Below are positions 28,240-32,599 of a stretch of 32,599 bases of DNA, piece by piece. Position numbers and translations under genes: made by a program. Source of the stretch: Chthonomonadaceae bacterium (lineage in GTDB: Bacteria > Armatimonadota > Chthonomonadetes > Chthonomonadales > Chthonomonadaceae); assembly GCA_035650735.1 (NCBI GenBank), contig DASRGZ010000042.1:1-32599 (forward strand), read 5' to 3'. The notes beneath the pieces are model-generated. The model made no database searches. It worked only from the letters and a program-made list of their open reading frames with translations, and was not told where the DNA came from. Positions within the stretch are counted from its first letter, which is position 1. Every line of letters begins with the position of its first letter.

Positions 28240-29221
28240 CGTGATAGCGCATCGGCGTCAGGGCGCCCATCACAAAGCGCTCTGAGGTATCGCCTCCCTG
28301 GCTGACCGGCGTGATCGAATCGAGCAGGTTCTCGTTCTGGTTCTCCTCCACGCGCGGCGGCGCGCTCTCTGTTGGCTGCGGCTTATGCGAGACGAAATGC
28401 AGCTTGCCCTCATCACGCGCCGCGCTCTCGGCTCGGTGCGCAGCCAAACGTTCGGGTTGGCGCGCGGCGATCCGGCCCTGCCAGCGCGGCAGGGAACTTC
28501 TAGAGCGTTTCTTTACCTTCGGACTGGTCATTTCCTGCTCAGAATCGGGCCTATCCGATTGACTTGCCGTTATCAGATAGGGATTGGCCTCGCTGCCACT
28601 CGCGGTTGAATAATCATCCAGGTCGTTCCCGGCATCGGTTGCCTCTGGAGCCGGAGCGACCGGGTGCATGTTCCGGGTCGGCGCCGACGGTCTGGCGGAA
28701 GCGTTGCCGGAAAGTGAAGCGGGGGGACCGGATCGCGCCCTCACGCTCAGGGAAGGGGCTGCCGATTTCTCGGCAGCGCGGCGCGGCAGCAGCAGCCGGT
28801 ATCCTAGGGCCGCCACGACCAGGAGGGCCGCGATGCCGCCCGAATAGGCTACGCTCGGCAGCCAGCCGCCGATGCCCGAAGAGCGCGAATATCGGCGCGC
28901 TCCGCCTACCGAGACGACGGCTACCGTCGGTTCCTGGCGATGCGCTTCCCTGGCAGCCGGTGCAGGCACCTCTTCTATCAGGCGCTTGCGCAGCGCTTCC
29001 CAGTCCGAGCGCGGGGGTGGCGGAGGCTGCTCCCGATAGGCGGCGAGCAGCGCCTGGGTGCGGCGCACCGATTCCAATTCGCTCCGGCAGGCCGCACACG
29101 TTGGCAGATGCCGCTCCACCATTTCCAGCGGCCCCTCGGAGAGGCGATTATAGGCATAATCCCAGAGCGCGCGCTGCACTGCGCGGCATGCTGAGAACGG
29201 AAATCCTGACATAGCTCTCAC
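28223..29221 (-). CDS. ZAS (zf-HC2) transmembrane anti-sigma factor
   Basis: HLPTCAAC (HxxxCxxC), one TM, disordered C-terminus; overlaps the sigma stop (GTGA). Confidence 0.88.
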   Translation of the reverse strand: MRAMSGFPFSACRAVQRALWDYAYNRLSEGPLEMVERHLPTCAACRSELESVRRTQALLAAYREQPPPPPRSDWEALRKRLIEEVPAPAAREAHRQEPTVAVVSVGGARRYSRSSGIGGWLPSVAYSGGIAALLVVAALGYRLLLPRRAAEKSAAPSLSVRARSGPPASLSGNASARPSAPTRNMHPVAPAPEATDAGNDLDDYSTASGSEANPYLITASQSDRPDSEQEMTSPKVKKRSRSSLPRWQGRIAARQPERLAAHRAESAARDEGKLHFVSHKPQPTESAPPRVEENQNENLLDSITPVSQGGDTSERFVMGALTPMRYHDDSPY

Positions 29222-29790
29222 CTGACTTTCAAAAGCGATTCTATGCGATCACGAAATCCACGCCTGGCGCGAAACAGGCGCAGCTTCACGCTCGAAACCG
29301 AGCAGCCCAGCACGTCGGCGATCTGCTGGTAGTTAAGCCCTTCAATGTCGCGCAATACGATCAGCAGCCGCTGCGGCTCCGGCAGGCCGCCCAGCACCCG
29401 ATGCACCGTATCGTGCAGATCTTTACGTTCCAGCGTAGCTGCCGGATCCACCCCGAGCGTGCGGGTATCGTGCAGGCTGTCGGCGATCTCGGGGATCAAC
29501 GCCAGCTCACTGCGCCGCGCGCGGGATTTCAGCCGGTCGCGGCAGAGGTTGCCGGCGATTTTGATCAGCCAGGTTTGCAGGCTGCACTCCCCGCGAAAAC
29601 CGGGCATGGCCTGATACGCCTTGAGAAAGGTGTCTTGCTTGACATCGTCGGCATCATCGGCATCGCCCAGCATATGATAGCTGAAGCGGTAGACCTGGCG
29701 CGCATAGCGCGCGTAGAGCCAGCCAAACGCCTCCAGGTCTCCTGCCCGACAGCGCGCGATGACCTCTTCATCCGAATGCTGCGCTAGCAC
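29218..29790 (-). CDS. ECF sigma-70 factor
   Basis: Region 2 DADDVKQDTFLKAY...TWLIKIAGN; region 4.2 LRDIEGLNYQQIADVLG.SVSSVKLRLFRAR. Confidence 0.95.
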   Translation of the reverse strand: MLAQHSDEEVIARCRAGDLEAFGWLYARYARQVYRFSYHMLGDADDADDVKQDTFLKAYQAMPGFRGECSLQTWLIKIAGNLCRDRLKSRARRSELALIPEIADSLHDTRTLGVDPAATLERKDLHDTVHRVLGGLPEPQRLLIVLRDIEGLNYQQIADVLGCSVSSVKLRLFRARRGFRDRIESLLKVR

Positions 29791-29825
29791 TTTGCGCCGT
29801 TCCCTTTCCTTATATCACGCTATCA

Positions 29826-29895
29826 GGTAGTGTACCCATAGAGAGTTGATACTTCGTCGCCGATGACCTTATCAACTCTGTAGAGGGACACTACC
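29826..29895. mobile_element. 70-bp MITE, copy 2 (inverted), 8-bp target duplication CGCTATCA
   Basis: cgctatca at 29818-29825 and 29896-29903; reverse complement of 19263-19332 with one substitution. Confidence 0.92.
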
Positions 29896-29955
29896 CGCTA
29901 TCACGCAAACGGCTATTCCGCCCGGCCCGCCAGGCAGCGGGCTGGCAATGGTTTA

Positions 29956-32247
29956 TCAATTTCTGGAGCGCTGGGTTGCGCGCTCTCCGGCAGGATCATC
30001 CAGGGAGAGAACAAGGGCTTCGTTGCGCGGCCAGGTGAGCGCGAACCGCGCGCCGCTGCCCAGATGGCGGCCCTTGCGCTCGTCGCGGACATTGCGGACG
30101 GGTTGGGCGAACTTCAGCGTGACCGCGATGGCGTCGGTCTTCAGCCCAACCGCATTGCCGCCGCCCAATTCGGAGCCGACCGTCTCCGGGTTGGAGCAGA
30201 GAAACAGCAGCCTCCTGCCATCGGGCCTGCGCCAGTAGGTGATCTCGTAGCCGAACTCCGCCTCGCCCGCACCTTCGATTTCCACCCAGCGCCGTGCCTT
30301 GCCCGCGCCCACATGCCGCAGAAACGTATCCCGCCGTTTTGCGGCCTCAAACCCCGTCATCCGGTACGCATTGTACCACTGGGGAGAAAGGTTCATCAGA
30401 ACCGCCGTGCCGCTGCCGTAGCGGTTCACGTTGCCAACCGGCATATTTCGTACGGCTTTGTTAAATCCGCTTGTGTCCTGGATACAGGTATTGCCGTTTG
30501 TCAGAAACTCGTGGTACGTCTTCCAGCCGTAATTGGCGTCCTGATCCACCTCGCACCACAGCTTGCCGCCGAACACATCCTTCGCCGTCAGGGCCGGATC
30601 GTGTCGGACACCGAACATCCTGTCGAGCGCGCCGCCCGCTGCCCGTCCCCGGCCGTGCTGGTCCCAGACGCCGGGCAGGTAGTCTGCAATCACCGTGCCG
30701 CCCGCCTTGCAGAACGCCTCGATGGCCCCCGCTTCCGCCTCCGACAGGCACAGGCAGGTGGGTAGGATCAGGGTGTGGTACACGGCGGGGACGCCGTTCT
30801 GGATCACATCCACGTAACTGATCCAGTTGTATTGCAGCCCCGAATCACGCAGCATGTTTTCCCACGCCTGGCGGACCAGATGCGACGCGCCCAGCCGGTG
30901 ATCGCTCTCCCGGTTTACCCAGGTTGTGCCGTGCGCCTGCGCGTCCAGTATCCAGCCCAACTGAAGAGAAGGGTGGTTGTATAAAAGGGCGATGCCGTCG
31001 TGCATCCATTCCGCACCCAGCATCAGCGGTCCGATCTTTTTACCAGCCTCTAGATAATGCGGCGCGACCTGCTCGTGCCAGGGCCGGGGCGTCTGCCCGT
31101 CGAACCAATTCTCGACCCAGCCGATGTGCCCCCGATTGCCGTGCGCCAGGTAGTACCAGGTCTGCCAGATGTCGTCTGCGGCGGATCGGTGGAACATGCT
31201 GGTCACGGCAGGGACGGCATTGCCCGGATTAAACGAGCGAACGATGGCCTGCGAGGAGGCCAAGTTGTAGGCTTCGATGTACTGAAGCTTGCGCATCAGA
31301 CGGGCGTAATCGTAGCCGCCGAACGCATTCGGGGCCTGCCCGCCGACGATGCCGCAGGGCGTCTCCGGGTCCACGGAATTGGCGAATTCCACCAGGTCGC
31401 CCAAAAGGTTGCACCAGATCGAATCGTTGAACGTCCACTGATCCATCAGCGGGCTGGCGTCGAACTCCCGCACCGACCATTCGGCAAGATGCGGTCGAAT
31501 ATCCTCATACGTGAACCATCGCTCGCGCTGGGGCGCGGCCTCTGCGCCGTAGATTTCCCGCAGCCAGCGGGGATAAGCCGTCTCATCATCGGTGACGCGC
31601 CACGTAGTCGGATGCACGAAATGGCCCCACGACGTCTCATCGTCCAGCGCGTATGCGGCCCGGTACGGCGAAGACTTGACCTGCGCGATGTTGTCCCGGA
31701 TGAACCCGCGCAGCTTTTCCCTCAGCGCGTCGTTAATGGGCACAGGACGAACGCCCGTGCCGTGCAGTTCTGCCAGGTGCGCCTGCTGCTTATCGCCGTC
31801 CCAAAGGTGCAGGTAGCCTTTGCGGGCGGTGTGATCCAGGTAAAAGCGCAGTCCAAAGCGATTGATCCAGGCCAGCTTGCCTTCCGGAGAATCCGGCTGG
31901 CCGCCGTTGCCGTCCAGAAACGCGCCGTTGTAGCCGTGCGCCAGGCTCCACTTGCCGGAGGCTTCCGTATAGCCAATCGTCCATTGATACGTCCAGGGCA
32001 TATAAATCCAGCCGGGAAAGGCTTTATCCAGCCAGGTCTTATCCTGCTTGACGCGCCGGAAATCCCGGGAAGTGCGAATATAGCGCGCGTAGGGATCGGT
32101 GTCGGCTTCGGACGGAGGCGGGGCCGGTTGTGCGGACGCGCTGTCCCTCCGCAGCACCGTGTTTGCCGCCAGGGCCACAGCGGATAAGTAAGCGAGAAAC
32201 GCACGCCGGGGTATCGCCGTCCGCGACGGCTCCATTGGCTCATTCAT
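29956..32247 (-). CDS. Tat-exported protein with a beta-galactosidase trimerisation-like domain (GH42-like hydrolase)
   Basis: PRRAFL twin-arginine signal with AxA site; ALDDE and YIEAY acidic sites; IALLY...ENMLRDSGLQYNWIS...LILP...F.KAGGTVIAD domain; ATG 32247 with aagga RBS. Confidence 0.75.
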   Translation of the reverse strand: MNEPMEPSRTAIPRRAFLAYLSAVALAANTVLRRDSASAQPAPPPSEADTDPYARYIRTSRDFRRVKQDKTWLDKAFPGWIYMPWTYQWTIGYTEASGKWSLAHGYNGAFLDGNGGQPDSPEGKLAWINRFGLRFYLDHTARKGYLHLWDGDKQQAHLAELHGTGVRPVPINDALREKLRGFIRDNIAQVKSSPYRAAYALDDETSWGHFVHPTTWRVTDDETAYPRWLREIYGAEAAPQRERWFTYEDIRPHLAEWSVREFDASPLMDQWTFNDSIWCNLLGDLVEFANSVDPETPCGIVGGQAPNAFGGYDYARLMRKLQYIEAYNLASSQAIVRSFNPGNAVPAVTSMFHRSAADDIWQTWYYLAHGNRGHIGWVENWFDGQTPRPWHEQVAPHYLEAGKKIGPLMLGAEWMHDGIALLYNHPSLQLGWILDAQAHGTTWVNRESDHRLGASHLVRQAWENMLRDSGLQYNWISYVDVIQNGVPAVYHTLILPTCLCLSEAEAGAIEAFCKAGGTVIADYLPGVWDQHGRGRAAGGALDRMFGVRHDPALTAKDVFGGKLWCEVDQDANYGWKTYHEFLTNGNTCIQDTSGFNKAVRNMPVGNVNRYGSGTAVLMNLSPQWYNAYRMTGFEAAKRRDTFLRHVGAGKARRWVEIEGAGEAEFGYEITYWRRPDGRRLLFLCSNPETVGSELGGGNAVGLKTDAIAVTLKFAQPVRNVRDERKGRHLGSGARFALTWPRNEALVLSLDDPAGERATQRSRN

Positions 32248-32462
32248 GATGCTTGTTCCTTGCAGTAACGCCGTTCTGACCAGGATTGCGTACTGCATGG
32301 AAGATTCAAGAAATCAGACGCCATCCCTGCCGGAAAGTTATCCTCTGCTGTTCGCAACGGGAGAAATCGGGAAGCGGTGGACGCGCCGCGCCGGGAAGGA
32401 AGCCCTCTGCCGTCCGCAGAATTATAATAGGCAGGGCCATTCCGGTAGCGGGCGAATGAATT

Positions 32463-32585
32463 CGCGGCAACAAAAGCACAAAGTCGCCCTGCGGCGACTA
32501 CAGACCTCCCCCCCGGCCCCTCTCCTTGGGAAGGAGAGGGGAGAAAGGAGTCCGCGAAGGCGGACTTGGTGCCTTTGTTGCTGCG
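32463..32585. repeat. REPIN-like inverted pair with a nested CCCCTCTCC/GGAGAGGGG REP
   Basis: cgcggcaacaaaagcacaaagtc pairs with gacttggtgcctttgttgctgcg; internal hairpins agtcgcc/ggcgact, agtccgc/gcggact and cccctctcc/ggagagggg. Confidence 0.8.
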
Positions 32586-32599
32586 GCTGATGACCTTGG

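Noticed and set aside
5152..31232. Many long antisense or alternate-frame ORFs (e.g. 5152-6315, 9273-10274, 15029-15895, 27274-28137)
   Set aside because: Expected in high-GC coding DNA; they overlap well-supported genes and show no motifs.

Overview
GC-rich bacterial chromosomal segment. A DUF1559/H-X9-DG prepilin-like gene and the repeat families suggest Armatimonadota or a similar lineage (inference only). 1-12169 is a respiratory supercluster: alternative complex III (actB partial, actC, actD, actE, actF, ActG-like gene), then SCO and an A2-type caa3 cytochrome c oxidase (coxBACD). Next come a DegT aminotransferase, an M55 D-aminopeptidase, a hypothetical gene, a YciF ferritin-like gene, metF and an MFS transporter. 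A sulfur-starvation unit follows: Rrf2 regulator, an unlisted 57-aa YezD/DUF2292 gene, an ssuABC-like ABC transporter and a prepilin-like gene. The rest holds two hypothetical genes, an orphan two-repeat type I-E CRISPR unit just behind a cold-shock gene, an IscA/HesB gene, an ECF sigma/ZAS anti-sigma/HtrA-like operon whose protease has lost two catalytic residues, and a Tat-exported GH42-like protein. The most unusual signal is intergenic: two copies of a 70-bp MITE with perfect 8-bp target duplications, a CTAG-bounded rod-like hairpin inside a 37-bp duplication of a probable attenuator, nested REP composites with a flipped 27-bp core, and repeated 'long duplication plus short filler' events. 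No cas, transposase, rRNA or tRNA gene was recognised. All calls come from reading motifs by eye; no searches were run.
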